This document shows, piece by piece, positions 11,041 through 21,992 of a stretch of 64,000 nucleotides of DNA. The notes beneath the pieces were generated by a model. It was not told the DNA's origin. It saw only the letters and a program-made list of their open reading frames with translations, and searched no databases. This DNA comes from a virus. Taxonomy: Duplodnaviria; Caudoviricetes. The DNA lies in the IMG/VR virus record IMGVR_UViG_3300021399_000127, positions 1-64,000 of that record. One strand, written 5' to 3'. A program made the translations under genes and the position numbers. Within the stretch, counting starts at the first letter, position 1, and each line of letters begins with the position of its first letter.

Positions 11041-11808
11041 ATGAGACGTTCTTATAAAAAACCAATCAGAAAATATAAGGGAGGTAAAGCTGCTCGTGAA
11101 CGATTTAGGGATCAGCAGCTTAACGACTCTATCATGCATCTGATGAGAAACGGATGGGGTGTCAACGCAATCTCTGGAGCATTAGGAAACGCTTTACACG
11201 AATCTAGTGACTGGAGAGGACGTTTTAGAGGAGACTTAGATCCTAACATTACAGAGAAATAGTATTCGGGGCTGTTCATGAATCTCCCTAACGCACGACA
11301 AGCGATAATCGATGCTACAGGCGGATATTCTTTGGAAAATCAGCTTGATGCAGCAAACATGTTTGCAAACGGATAGCTTCCTAGAAACATATTTGTAGGA
11401 TCTGGGAGATACAGTAAGCAGGGATATAGTTCACCAATAGAAGCTGCTAGAGCGTGGGAGAAACATTATGAGCGTTCTGGTAAGCAAGGTATGGAAGACA
11501 GATTGGCAAAAGCACAAGAAGTTAGAGATTATATACTTGCAAATAAAGATATATACGGTCGTATGTTCAACCAAACAATACCTGTGCGTAACGGAAGCGG
11601 TTTCGATATGCCTTGGGTTAACGCTAATGAAAGAGAATAGATTGCTGGTATAAATCCAGATGGCACAATAAGGACATACAACCAAGATACAAATACATAT
11701 TCTTCCAGAGAACTAGAACTTCCAGAGATTATAGTCAGACCTTCTATAATCAGAAAGCCACAGACTACCATGTAGACGTTTAACAACTTAGCACCTTGGA
11801 ATGAATAA
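11041..11808 (+). CDS. phage tail-type lysozyme domain protein (255 aa, 4 TAG)
   Basis: AISGALGNALHES...GLF...ENQL...AARAWEKHYERSG...RLAKAQ matches the Phage_lysozyme2 pattern. Open to TAA 11806-11808. Confidence 0.75.
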
Positions 11809-11810
11809 TT

Positions 11811-12824
11811 ATGGAGAGTCCTAAAAGAAAAGCTTAGAAAATCAGAGACTACAGACGTCATCGTATGATGAGACTTCTAAACCGTCGTAAAGCTACTGCT
11901 CAAGAGGCTATGTCTGAAATAGCTGAGAGGGAGTTGATGCGTAAGTTACGTATCACCCCTCTTAAGAAGTTTGAGGATGGTAAAGACGCCTTGCTGTCTA
12001 GTACACCAAAGCTTAGCAATGTCCCAAAACTTAATTTTGACGCACCTGTTATAGAAGAAGAAATAAAGCCTAAAAAAGAAATTCCTGTAGAACCCATAAA
12101 GCAAAGGGAGCCTATAATTCCAGGACTTTAGCCGCAACAACTAATATCTGACTCTAGATTTTCTAGAAGCCACCCTATCTTTAAAGACGAATACGACTAT
12201 ATGAATAGCGATGCGTTTTTGACAAGAGTTAAAAAAATGACTGCCAATAACGATAAGGCGCGAATATTAGCAACTAATATGCGTAATGGGTTGTATTACA
12301 CAAAGCTTCCAAATGAAGCCTTTTATGACTATACGAGTAATTCCCAAAACAGCGGGTATAGGATGATGGAATCCGGACCGTATATTCACAATATATACTA
12401 CGGTAGGGTTAATGATGTTCCTGGATTTACAAAAAGAAGTGTTATTGCGCATGAGTTAGGACATTCTATTTATGATATGAATAAATAGGGATCACTGTTA
12501 GATTATCACCTATTGTCCCCACAATACATAAGTGTTTTGCAAAGAGGTCGTCATAAAACACCAGTCTCTGACGAAACCGTGAGACATGACCACTAGGATG
12601 GAGAACGTATTGCAGACATACGAGCTCTTCAACAACAGGCGAAAGATGCGGGCATATGGGACAAGACAACAGGAGTTGATATGACACCAGAAATGTATAA
12701 TAAGCTTAAACAAACATATCCAGATCACAGGTCTTTTGATATGTGGAACGATGAGGATTTGAGGTGGTTGATAAACACTACTGCACAAATACAGCCTGTT
12801 AAAAACAACATCTATTATGCGTGA
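11811..12824 (+). CDS. zincin-like metallopeptidase (337 aa, 4 TAG)
   Basis: VIAHELGH (HExxH at 12450-12464) with a downstream GERIAD third ligand. Fragments 11865 and 12201 are in frame with ATG 11811. Stop TGA. Confidence 0.75.
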
Positions 12825-13006
12825 TACCATGGAACGAAAAAAAATTAACGCTAAAAGCAATCGAAGATACTCTTGTGGAGATAATGGATGCATATCCATT
12901 CGAGGATTACGAGATATGGATTACTAGACAACTTACTCCTCAATAGATTAAAGAAGAACTAGATAAATGCAAAATACTAAAACTGACAAACAAACAATCT
13001 GCGTAA
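12821..13006 (+). CDS. small hypothetical protein (61 aa, GTG start, 1 TAG)
   Basis: The GTG overlaps the upstream TGA (GTGA). MIPWNEKKLTLKAIEDTLVEIMDAYPFEDYEIW... looks protein-like. Confidence 0.45.
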
Positions 13007-13095
13007 ATGGAATGTGCTACACAATGAGCTTTCAAGATTGGAACAACATACGTAGATGGCGAGATGACGCTGAAAAACATTTCCCTAAGAAATAA
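12967..13095 (+). CDS. small hypothetical peptide (42 aa)
   Basis: MQNTKTDKQTICVNGMCYTMSFQDWNNIRRWRDDAEKHFPKK-TAA fills the remaining gap. Confidence 0.35.
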   Translation: MQNTKTDKQTICVNGMCYTMSFQDWNNIRRWRDDAEKHFPKK

Positions 13096-13099
13096 ACTT

Positions 13100-13122
13100 G
13101 TGCAGGGTTCGACTCCCTGCAC
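13100..13122 (+). other. isolated T-loop (TTCGACT) hairpin upstream of the scaffold/capsid genes
   Basis: Perfect 8-bp stem GTGCAGGG-TTCGACT-CCCTGCAC in an otherwise AT-rich intergenic region. Confidence 0.6.
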
Positions 13123-13162
13123 CGAGAACTAATTAACAACATACTAATTATACATTATAATT

Positions 13163-14323
13163 ATGCCAAGAAAAAAGAAGAGTGATCTGTCACAATTCGA
13201 AGATCTCCTCAAGAGTGTTGGTTACGATAACGTAGAACAACATGAAGGTGTAACAGACGTTACCCAGGATATATTCGACGACGATGACATTGAAAACTTA
13301 GATCCAGAAAACCAGACCAGTCCTGTACAACAGACTGAGGAGGTTGACAATCAACAGGCAACAGAAGATCCACTAGAGGACCATTCTGAGATACCTGAAG
13401 ATGTATTAAACAGACAGTCCGAACAACAGACCAGTGAGGGTCTCGGCGAGTAGAACGATGATGACAATGTACAAGAAGTAGATCCTACAGAAGCTACTAA
13501 CATTGGCGCGTTCTTTGACGCATTCGCTGAGGAACTCGGTTGGGATGTTTCCGATGATGAAAAGCCTAATACTGTAGAAGGCTTAGTAGATTATATCGGG
13601 TCTGTGATAGAACAGAACAGTACACCAAAGTATGCTGATGATCGTATCGCACAACTTGACAATTATGTTAAGAACGGTGGCCGTTTCGAGGATTTCTATC
13701 AGAGACAGCAAGATGCATTGTCTTTAGACAACTTAGACATCGAGGACGAATCTAATCAGAAAGCAGCAGTTCGTGAACTCTACCGCTTGCAAGGATACAA
13801 TGACGAACAAATATCCCGCAGAATAGAGCGTTTTGAGGACGCAGACATGCTGGAAGAAGAAGCTCAGGATGCTGTTGAAAGACTGCGTACAATTCGTACA
13901 CAACAGCTTGAACAAGCAAGACAACAGCAGGAGCAAGCAAGACAAGCTCAAGAGGCACAGGCTAGACAATTTATGGAAGACCTTACAGGTAGTATAAATA
14001 ACCTCGATAACATACGTGGTATTAGTATACCTAAGCAAGATCGTAAAGCATTGTACGACTACATAACAAAGGTAGATGCAGACGGTCTTACACAATACCA
14101 GAAAGACTTTAATTCTAATATGGTAAACAACCTCATTGAGTCTGCATACTTCACAATGAAGGGTGATGCCCTCCTTGGTGAAGCAACACGCAGCGGTCGC
14201 ACATCTGCTGCAAATAAGCTTAGAACAATGTTACGACATACAAGCACGAATCACTCGCGCTACAATGTCCAAGAAGACAAACAGCGTTCAGTTGTAGATA
14301 TAGCGTCACAATTCTATAATTGA
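13163..14323 (+). CDS. acidic coiled-coil protein, probable capsid scaffolding protein (386 aa, 1 TAG)
   Basis: Very acidic disordered N-terminus and Q/E-rich helices, directly upstream of the MCP. Fragments 13163 and 13604 are in frame. Confidence 0.75.
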
Positions 14324-14340
14324 GCCTAATGTAATAATAT

Positions 14341-15864
14341 ATGAATAATACACTTTTGAATAACCTCCAACTGTATCGCGGTAAGCGTTTTAGCGATCTG
14401 GTTGATGAGAACATGATTTCTAACGCACTCCTGTCTCGTCCACACGAGGTGGCAGGTCTGCTTTCTCTTGTATTTGGTACAAAGGACGATGGTGTATCAA
14501 CAGCCATCGATTTGATTACTGGCGGTATCGGTAAGACAATGGTCATCGATAACCGTGAGTTTGAGTGGCACGTAATGATCGATTCAGATCATGCTGTGAA
14601 CATTCGTTATGCTAAATGGAATGGTCAAGAGATCACTTCTAGTGACATCGACAATTCAACTCCTGGTGTAAACGGCACACCTATCTACCTCGGTCTCGAG
14701 GAGAAGTGGTTTGGTCCAGGTGCAATCCTTTCTTTTGACAATATTAACTTCCAGGTACGTGTGAACGGTACTCCTTATCAGGACGGGTCTACTTGGGTAT
14801 ATGAGTGTTATGTTGCTGATGGTTTCGCTGGCTCTTATATTCCAGCTGAGTATCTCCTCCCTGGTCGTCAGGTAAGCCGTGTAGGCTCTGCTTATGAGGA
14901 GTACAGTGATGAAGCAGATATCATCAACTATCAGACACCGTTTAAGATGCGTAACCACCTGCAGACTCTCCGTCTGACTTACGATATAACAGGTGATGCA
15001 TATTCTACGGTGCTCGCTATTGCACTGAAGGATCCTGAGACCGGTAAGAGCTCTTATCTCTGGGCTGATTATCAGTACTGGAAGGCTCTTCGTGAGTGGA
15101 AGAAGCGTGAGGAGACAGCTCTTCTGTTCTCTAAGAGCAACCGTAATGCCGACGGTACTTACGGTCTGAAGGGTACAAATGGACGTCCTGTTCCTACGAT
15201 GTCTGGTCTGTTCGAGCAGATTTCTCCAGCTAACGTACGTTACTACACAACTCTTACGGCTGAGTTGCTCGAGGATTACCTCTTCGATCTGTGTTACAAC
15301 CTCATCGGCACTAACGAGCGTAAGTTCATGGCTCTGACTGGTGAGATGGGTATCCGTGAGTTCGATCGTATTCTCCGTGAGAAGGCTGCTAGCTTCAACC
15401 TGATCGATACTACATTCGTAAGCGGTTCTGGTCAGAACCTCACTCTCGGTGGTCAGTTCACAACTTATAAGATGACCAACGGTATCGAGCTGACAGTTAA
15501 GCACTGCCCTCTGTTCGACAACATGGAGATGTTCCGTCAGCTGCACCCGATCACAGGTAAGCCATTGATGTCTTACACATTCCTCTTCGTTGATCTCGGC
15601 CAGCGTGATGGTCAGGCTAACATTGTTAAGGTTTGTCGTAAGGGTCGTGAGTTCGTTCAGTGGACGACTGGTGGTTCTGTAATCCCAAGCGGTTACGCTA
15701 ACAACATTAACACACTACGTTCTAACAGCCGTGATGGCTACCAGGTACACTTCCTCGGTGAGGAGGGTATCATGCTCCGCAATCCTCTGTCTTGTGGTAT
15801 CCTCTACTGTGATGCTGATGACACAGAGATCAAAAACGAAGCAACTGGTATGACGATGGCGTGA
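14341..15864 (+). CDS. major capsid protein (507 aa, no TAG)
   Basis: Size, position and strong high-expression codon bias. crAss-type motifs NREFEW, YDITGDA, TGEMG and SRDGYQVHFLGEEGIMLRNP. Confidence 0.92.
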   Translation: MNNTLLNNLQLYRGKRFSDLVDENMISNALLSRPHEVAGLLSLVFGTKDDGVSTAIDLITGGIGKTMVIDNREFEWHVMIDSDHAVNIRYAKWNGQEITSSDIDNSTPGVNGTPIYLGLEEKWFGPGAILSFDNINFQVRVNGTPYQDGSTWVYECYVADGFAGSYIPAEYLLPGRQVSRVGSAYEEYSDEADIINYQTPFKMRNHLQTLRLTYDITGDAYSTVLAIALKDPETGKSSYLWADYQYWKALREWKKREETALLFSKSNRNADGTYGLKGTNGRPVPTMSGLFEQISPANVRYYTTLTAELLEDYLFDLCYNLIGTNERKFMALTGEMGIREFDRILREKAASFNLIDTTFVSGSGQNLTLGGQFTTYKMTNGIELTVKHCPLFDNMEMFRQLHPITGKPLMSYTFLFVDLGQRDGQANIVKVCRKGREFVQWTTGGSVIPSGYANNINTLRSNSRDGYQVHFLGEEGIMLRNPLSCGILYCDADDTEIKNEATGMTMA

Positions 15865-15880
15865 TAAATTAAGAAATATA

Positions 15881-15921
15881 CAATGTTCAACCTCCCTCTT
15901 CGGAGGGAGTGCTTGACATTG
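15881..15921 (+). other. extended cUUCGg hairpin after the MCP (mRNA stabiliser, attenuator or processing site)
   Basis: CAATGTTCAAC-CTCCCTC-TTCG-GAGGGAG-TGCTTGACATTG, with no U-tract. Confidence 0.6.
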
Positions 15922-15941
15922 CAACTCACTAATTTAATATT

Positions 15942-16694
15942 ATGGTAGTTGAATTAAAGATTAAAAAGAAACAACCTTGGGCAGGTTTAATTAAGTATAA
16001 GGCTTGTTTTGATTATATTTCGCCTTACTTTACTCGCTCAGGTTCTTTGTACACTGGGTTAACTCCCGAGGACGAGACAAAGTACGAGAAGGCATTAGGT
16101 CTTGCAGAAGGAACTCTTGCTAAAAGCAGTCCATATTGGACAACATTCTGTGTAAAAGTTGGCGCACGTGGTGTTATACTTGACGATAGTATTCCACGTC
16201 AGGAGATGATAATTAAGTTCCTTAGCGGACATAAACGTGTAGCGACATCACTTGAGAAGTTTACGGCTGGTAAAGACTACCTGCTGATCAACAGACAGGC
16301 CGAGGCTATTGAGCAGAATAGGATTAATAAACAACGTCGTGATGCTATCAAGGAGTTCGATAAGTTGTCATTGGATCAGATGCGTAAGGCACTCAGGATA
16401 CTTGGCGTTAAGTCTGATACGATGTCTAATGAATTAGTTGAATCAACGCTATTCAATCTTGTAGATAAGCAGCCGCAGAAGTTCTTTGAGAAGTGGGTCA
16501 ACAATAAATCAAAAGACACAGAGTTTATACTTGAGGATGCTATAGCCAAAGGGGTCATTCGTAAGACAAAGACTCAGTACTACTATGGTACAGAGTTGTT
16601 CGCAGATTCCCTTCAGGATGCAATAGCATATCTTGACAGCAAGAAGAATCAAGATCTGAAGCTTTCAATCATTAATCAGATTGAAAATAAGTAA
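15942..16694 (+). CDS. conserved crAss capsid-module protein downstream of the MCP (250 aa, no TAG)
   Basis: Intact ORF with a YTGLTPEDE motif, at the conserved post-MCP position. Confidence 0.8.
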   Translation: MVVELKIKKKQPWAGLIKYKACFDYISPYFTRSGSLYTGLTPEDETKYEKALGLAEGTLAKSSPYWTTFCVKVGARGVILDDSIPRQEMIIKFLSGHKRVATSLEKFTAGKDYLLINRQAEAIEQNRINKQRRDAIKEFDKLSLDQMRKALRILGVKSDTMSNELVESTLFNLVDKQPQKFFEKWVNNKSKDTEFILEDAIAKGVIRKTKTQYYYGTELFADSLQDAIAYLDSKKNQDLKLSIINQIENK

Positions 16695-16705
16695 TTGACA
16701 TTAAT

Positions 16706-17443
16706 ATGACGCATGACGATATATTTAAAAAATATCTGATAGAGTATGACAAGGCTAGTGTAACAACTTCCTTTCCATCTCATACAGACTACGAAATCGC
16801 TACGATTTTGGATAAAGCTTATTTAGCACTGATTGCACAGAAGTTTACTGGTAACAACGCACGCAGTGCAGCATTTGAATCAGATGCTAAAGCTGTAGAA
16901 GACGTGCGTCCATTGATAAAAAGACGTCAGTTAACAGAAGATTTATCTGTACAAGATAAAGCCTCTAATGAATTCGTATTCACACTCCCGTCAGATATGT
17001 TGTATTACGTAGACGGAAGTGTTTCATTTACGCCATCTGTTTCGTCATTAGACAATAAGGATCACTCCGTGTTCAACATGTATCCTTTATCACACGCAGC
17101 AGCTTAGCAATACAAGGCTACTGCTACGAATTTACCATGGATAAAGAACCCTGTATGTTACATGGAAGGCGACACGTTGCGTGTGTTAATAGACATGTAC
17201 TTATATAAACAAAAACATGTAGATCCTTCACCACTTACACCAGGAACACCTGTTGCTTGTAGTGTTACGTATATCTCTATACCGAATAAATTCGTAGATG
17301 ATTATGTAGCTAAAGACTCGACGTTTGAATTGAACGACAGTATGGCGGAAGAGTTGATAGATTTAGCTATTATAATGAGTCTCGAAGTTGTAGAGTCCCC
17401 ACGTTTAAACAATAAAATAAATACATCTAAGGCAGAAGCATGA
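16706..17443 (+). CDS. neck/ring (head-tail adaptor) protein (245 aa, 1 TAG)
   Basis: DYEIATILDKAY...FESDAKAVEDVRPL...LPSDMLY...EELIDLAI...ESPR pattern. Fragments 16706 and 17162 are in frame. Confidence 0.75.
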
Positions 17444-18249
17444 CACAAGAACAAACACGACAACTAGGAATTGAGTTTGAAAGGAGATTGCAATTAATCT
17501 ACCCTTAGACGGCTGTAAATAAACTGGACACAGATACGATTTATTCGTTTTTAAGCGAATATCAGACTCAATATATAAAGCAACTTATTAGTACAACGGA
17601 TCAACTTTAGAGCAACACTCAAGCGAATAGCACAATCCAAGATTATTTAAAGTCTTTGATAAAGCATAAAATCTTAGTACATCCATATCATGATGCAGGA
17701 TTGGACTTTGACTCAGACCAAGACGCATGGGGAGATGTCCAATGTAAGTCATACTTATTACCAGAAGATTACTTCAAATATATAAGATCTTCTAGTGTTG
17801 TGAGTAGGACATACAAACGTCCTTAGACAGACAATGAGGAACTGCGTCTTATACCTAACAAACTAATAAAGCAACAAGACGTTGCTAGCGTGTTACAGAA
17901 GCCATACAATGAGGGCTCTGTCATACGTAACCCATTAGTCGTATTGGAGCACAAAGATGCAGATCACATAAAAGTATTTTGTGATGTATATACATCTCTT
18001 GCTGGATTGGATGTTACATATTACGTAATGCCATACGCATTCAATGTGTTGAATTACGATGATGAAGATTTGTCTGCTGGTGCGGTACACAGTACGTGCA
18101 GTTTACCTTATACAAGTTTCGATGAGCTTGTAAACGGAGCTGTAATGTTATACACAACATACGCATCTGATGTAGATTTACAGAAGAGTGATGCATCTAG
18201 AAAAGCACTAAAGAACTTGACTGGAAACGATAAGGAGGGTAAACAATGA
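17440..18249 (+). CDS. neck/ring protein paralogue (269 aa, 3 TAG)
   Basis: ATGA overlaps at both ends. [13 protein letters not shown]...LPEDYFKY...FDELVNGAV pattern. Confidence 0.72.
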
Positions 18250-18950
18250 GAAGGATTGACATATTAACATCGTTCGAAACAGAAATAAACAAACTGAACG
18301 ACGAAGTATCAAAGCCTGCTACTGATGATTCTTTATTTTGGCTCAATCAAGGCGCTAACAAGTTTGTAAAACTTAGATTTAACGGAGATTTTGCACATAA
18401 GACTGGATATGAACAAACAGAAAAGCGTAGAGCAGATCTTATTAAATTGTTCAGATCTGTAGATTATGATCTCGCAAAAATAGACGAGAGTAAACCTTCT
18501 TACGATTTATACAAAATAAAGTATCCAGAAGATTTCATGTATGCTTTGAACGAAGATGTTGTGATAACAGACTTAAACGACGAACATGAATTAGATACAT
18601 GTGTGTTTGAGTGTACACAAGATTCGTTTATGTACAGAGTAAATAATTCTCTGACTGACTTTCACTATAGGTCACATAGAGCCAGACCTATTCGTACTAG
18701 AAACAGCGAAGGATGTTTGTTGTTGACAGACAAAAAATATAAAATAAAGAAATATACACTCGGTTATTTAAAAGCACCGAGCGAAATAACATTAGGCTCT
18801 AATCCCGCCGTTGATGCATTTGAGGAGTATGAAGATTTTGATGATGCTACAATGTACGAGATAATCAAGATAGCAGCACAGATGTATCTGGAGAACCAGA
18901 AAGATGAGCGCTATCAAACAATCACTGCAGAAGTGATGACACAAGAATAA
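18246..18950 (+). CDS. neck/ring protein paralogue (234 aa, no TAG)
   Basis: LFWLNQG...GYEQTEKRRADL...YPEDFMY...YEIIKIAAQMYLEN pattern. Confidence 0.78.
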   Translation: MRRIDILTSFETEINKLNDEVSKPATDDSLFWLNQGANKFVKLRFNGDFAHKTGYEQTEKRRADLIKLFRSVDYDLAKIDESKPSYDLYKIKYPEDFMYALNEDVVITDLNDEHELDTCVFECTQDSFMYRVNNSLTDFHYRSHRARPIRTRNSEGCLLLTDKKYKIKKYTLGYLKAPSEITLGSNPAVDAFEEYEDFDDATMYEIIKIAAQMYLENQKDERYQTITAEVMTQE

Positions 18951-18953
18951 TAA

Positions 18954-19036
18954 TTTTAACGTGGAAACCCCAGCCCTTTAGGTAGGGACTAGTGCTCCCG
19001 CAGAGTGGACACTTGCCGTATAGGGGGAGTAGAAAA
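18954..19036 (+). ncRNA. GC-rich structured intergenic leader (candidate cis-regulatory RNA)
   Basis: A closing stem CCCC/GGGG encloses the hairpins CCCT-TTAGGT-AGGG and AGTG(C)TCC-CGCAGAGT-GGACACT. Confidence 0.4.
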
Positions 19037-19049
19037 AATTAATATAAAT

Positions 19050-20108
19050 ATGATTACATACGTAAATACCGTATTAGTAGGTAAAGCTGCTGGCGTAGCT
19101 ACTATGACCGATGGCGCTGGCATAACAACGTCAGACGCTGGCAAGTTCGTTATCGTAGATAACACTAACAACAGTGTTAAATCTAGCACTGCAGGTGATG
19201 CAGAGCGCATTCGTATCGGCCTTGTAACAAACAAGACTACTACACTTGTAACTAAGAGCAATGGTGTTGTATCAACAACTCAGGTTCCTGTTATCAGGTG
19301 GTCTAACTGGATTCATCAAAACGCCATTAAGTCTTACAACGCCAAGACTTATACAGCTTCTACACAGGATTCAGTTGAGATCGACTTCACTAATGCTACT
19401 ATAACAGATCTTCAGGGTAACCGTATCGTTGTACGTCTGACATTCAAGGATCTTCCAACTCGCTTCCGTAAGTGGACCGAGTCTTATGAGATTCTCGTAG
19501 GCGCTTCTGACACAGTTGCAAACATTGCTACTAAGGTGGCTAATGTTATAAACAAGGAGTATAAGAGAGCACGTGTATCTGCTGTTGCTAGCAACGCTAA
19601 AGTTACTGTTACAGCACTTCCTTACACAGACGACGTAACTGCTGACACAATCAATGTAGCAAACTATGTTCGCTTCTCTGTTAACATGTGGTATACAAAA
19701 CCAGAAGCTGCTGGTTTCGCATCTAAGAACAAGTATTCTGTTGACGGTGCTGTTATCACTAAGACACCAGGTAAGATCTATGCAGGTGATGTTAAGCTCG
19801 TTCGTGATGCTGAGGCTCAGGCTATGGGTTACGAGGGAATCCTCAACCGTGGTGAGTGCACATGGCCTATTATCAAGCCAGACATGAACGTAGACATGAC
19901 TAAGAACTACGATACGATCACTCTTGAATTCGAGAACAAGTACGATGCTGCTGACGACATCAAGCGTAACACTAAGCAGACTGTACAGTTGTTCGACGTA
20001 ACTTCTACTGGTGCATACACGACTCTTAAGGGTATTCTTGACGCATTTGTTCAGGGTGAGCACTCTAACGTAGTACTCGGTACTGCTACTGACGAAGACA
20101 ACGCCTGA
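19050..20108 (+). CDS. abundant structural protein, probable auxiliary capsid protein (352 aa, no TAG)
   Basis: ATG 19050 in an AT-rich context. Same strong codon bias as the MCP. VRDAEAQAMGYEGILNR..WP motif. Confidence 0.7.
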   Translation: MITYVNTVLVGKAAGVATMTDGAGITTSDAGKFVIVDNTNNSVKSSTAGDAERIRIGLVTNKTTTLVTKSNGVVSTTQVPVIRWSNWIHQNAIKSYNAKTYTASTQDSVEIDFTNATITDLQGNRIVVRLTFKDLPTRFRKWTESYEILVGASDTVANIATKVANVINKEYKRARVSAVASNAKVTVTALPYTDDVTADTINVANYVRFSVNMWYTKPEAAGFASKNKYSVDGAVITKTPGKIYAGDVKLVRDAEAQAMGYEGILNRGECTWPIIKPDMNVDMTKNYDTITLEFENKYDAADDIKRNTKQTVQLFDVTSTGAYTTLKGILDAFVQGEHSNVVLGTATDEDNA

Positions 20109-20127
20109 TCGTTAAATAACAACTAAT

Positions 20128-20961
20128 ATGGACATAAGAATTGGGAATGACATCTGTATGCAGATTCATACAGATTATTTATCAGACGTCTCTAATTACG
20201 AAATAGTAGACGTTAGAGCTGAACTTATCTGCAGCTTGCATAAGCATCACAAATGTTGTTGTGATTGCAAACCTGATTTCTTTAGGTCCACAATGTATAC
20301 TTTACGTGGTATAGGCCATGTTTAGTATTACACACAACCGTTCAACTGTGTGGGTAGAAAACACCCACACTTTGAGCGCGTTATGACAAAGGACCTAGAA
20401 ATACCTAGGGATTATAGTGACAATACAGTAAAGGTGTACTTTAAAGCTAGGAGACAGCATTTCTGTGGTACATACAGTCTTGTGCTCCATATTATGGTCA
20501 AGAACTCTGGTTACGGAATTTATAACAAGAAGACATATACATTTGATTTTTGTGATATATTCAACCTAGTGAAGAATGACGCTGAAAGCGACACCTCTGA
20601 TACAACAATAGACCTTCCAAACTCGTATCGAAGTAAAACATCTTGCTACATAGGAGCAGGTAAATTTTCTGACGTGTTCACACAAGATTATGAGGATTTT
20701 AATCACACAAATAGAATCTCGTCCAAAGGTACTGTGCAAAATCCTTTATTTAAGTTGAACACTACAGGAGGACATGATGGTCTACTTATTCGTGCTCCAT
20801 TTGGGTACATTCCAACAATAGGCATGAGTGATGAAGATGGTGTTACAATATATCCTTAGATTTAGTACGTCGGTACAGACAGCATTTACGACTACTATAT
20901 AATTCCTATAATATACGATCGTATAAAAATATTATCAGTAGATTTAAATTATGACAAATAA
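20128..20961 (+). CDS. hypothetical structural protein, possibly fibre-attachment (277 aa, 3 TAG)
   Basis: N-terminus MDIRIGNDI. Fragments 20128 and 20350 are in frame. TAA 20959-20961 overlaps the next gene. Confidence 0.7.
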
Positions 20962-21931
20962 CGTAACAAGAATTACACCAGGTCTTATTGATTTTCGTGA
21001 GGTTCGATCTGTTGATCAAGACAAAAAGTACACATATTATCCAAACGTAGATTACATGTATGGCCCATATAACTCTCTTGAAGATGCTTATGCAGCACTT
21101 TCACAGCAAACGGATAATATAGGTGCTACGGCTCTCGTAAAAGGTAAAACTATTGGTGTTATAGAAGAAGGTAAAATTGTTGAATATTGGTTCGAATCAG
21201 ATCCTGTTGATGCCACAGCTGGATATCAAGTTACAGACTTGGTGAAGAAGGATAAATACGATGGCAGTATAGTTGTTGATACGTATTCTAAATAGCAAAT
21301 AGATGACAAAATACAAACTACAACAGTAGCTTTGAGTAGTAACATATCAAAAGTTTCTGTACAAGACTCTCGTAGAGCATATTTGCTGCATCTTACAGAC
21401 AACAATCTTTTGCCAGATAGCGCTTCTTTGTACACTTGGACAATAAGCGATAATGTGAATCTTTCTATAGTTGACGATACTACATATACGGATTGTAATG
21501 CAATCTCCTGTTTTGGAGGCAGTACAGGAACCCCGTTTATCAGTTGCCCACGTTTTGTGATTCCAAAAAATACTGCGGGTTATTATACATTCAGTTTTTA
21601 CTTGTCTGGAGATGATTCTGGTATAAGTATGGAATGGGGAGGTCTTGACGATTATATGACTGTTTCTGGTAGTGGTGAAGGAGAAGAAATCATCCATGCG
21701 ACAGTAGATGGAACTGACTACTCTAATCTTGGAGACTTCTTGAACGCTGCTGATAATATTAATACAATAGGAAGACACGTGCTGACAGTTTACCTAAACA
21801 TACCAACGAACTCAAATGTCGCTATAACAGAGCTTGGTATGGAAATCGATGTAAGCCAAGGTGATACTACGAAATTTTATAAACCGAATTTTAGCAGAAC
21901 TAGAGAAGTTACTCCTTGGCAACCAACGTAA
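20951..21931 (+). CDS. fibre/receptor-binding-like protein with beta-sandwich C-terminal domain (326 aa, 1 TAG)
   Basis: YGPYNS..A...GKTIGV...VEYWF N-terminal module, a YSKQQID linker, and an NLL...YTFSFY...PWQP carbohydrate-binding-like C-terminus. Confidence 0.65.
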
Positions 21932-21992
21932 TTAAGAAACATACGCCGACGGGCGATAAACGTAATATTGTTTAATTTAAAACTTAATTTTT

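Noticed and set aside
12817-12951. Programmed frameshift at the A8 run (12837-12844), or the alternative ATG-started frame
   Set aside because: A GTG start at 12821 overlapping the upstream stop gives the protein-like frame without any shift.
14656-15546. 296-aa minus-strand ORF opposite the major capsid gene
   Set aside because: It is an antisense shadow of strongly biased codon usage and has no protein-like motifs.
19371-20063. 230-aa minus-strand ORF opposite the auxiliary capsid gene
   Set aside because: Same antisense artefact. The other minus-strand track ORFs also overlap better-supported + strand genes.
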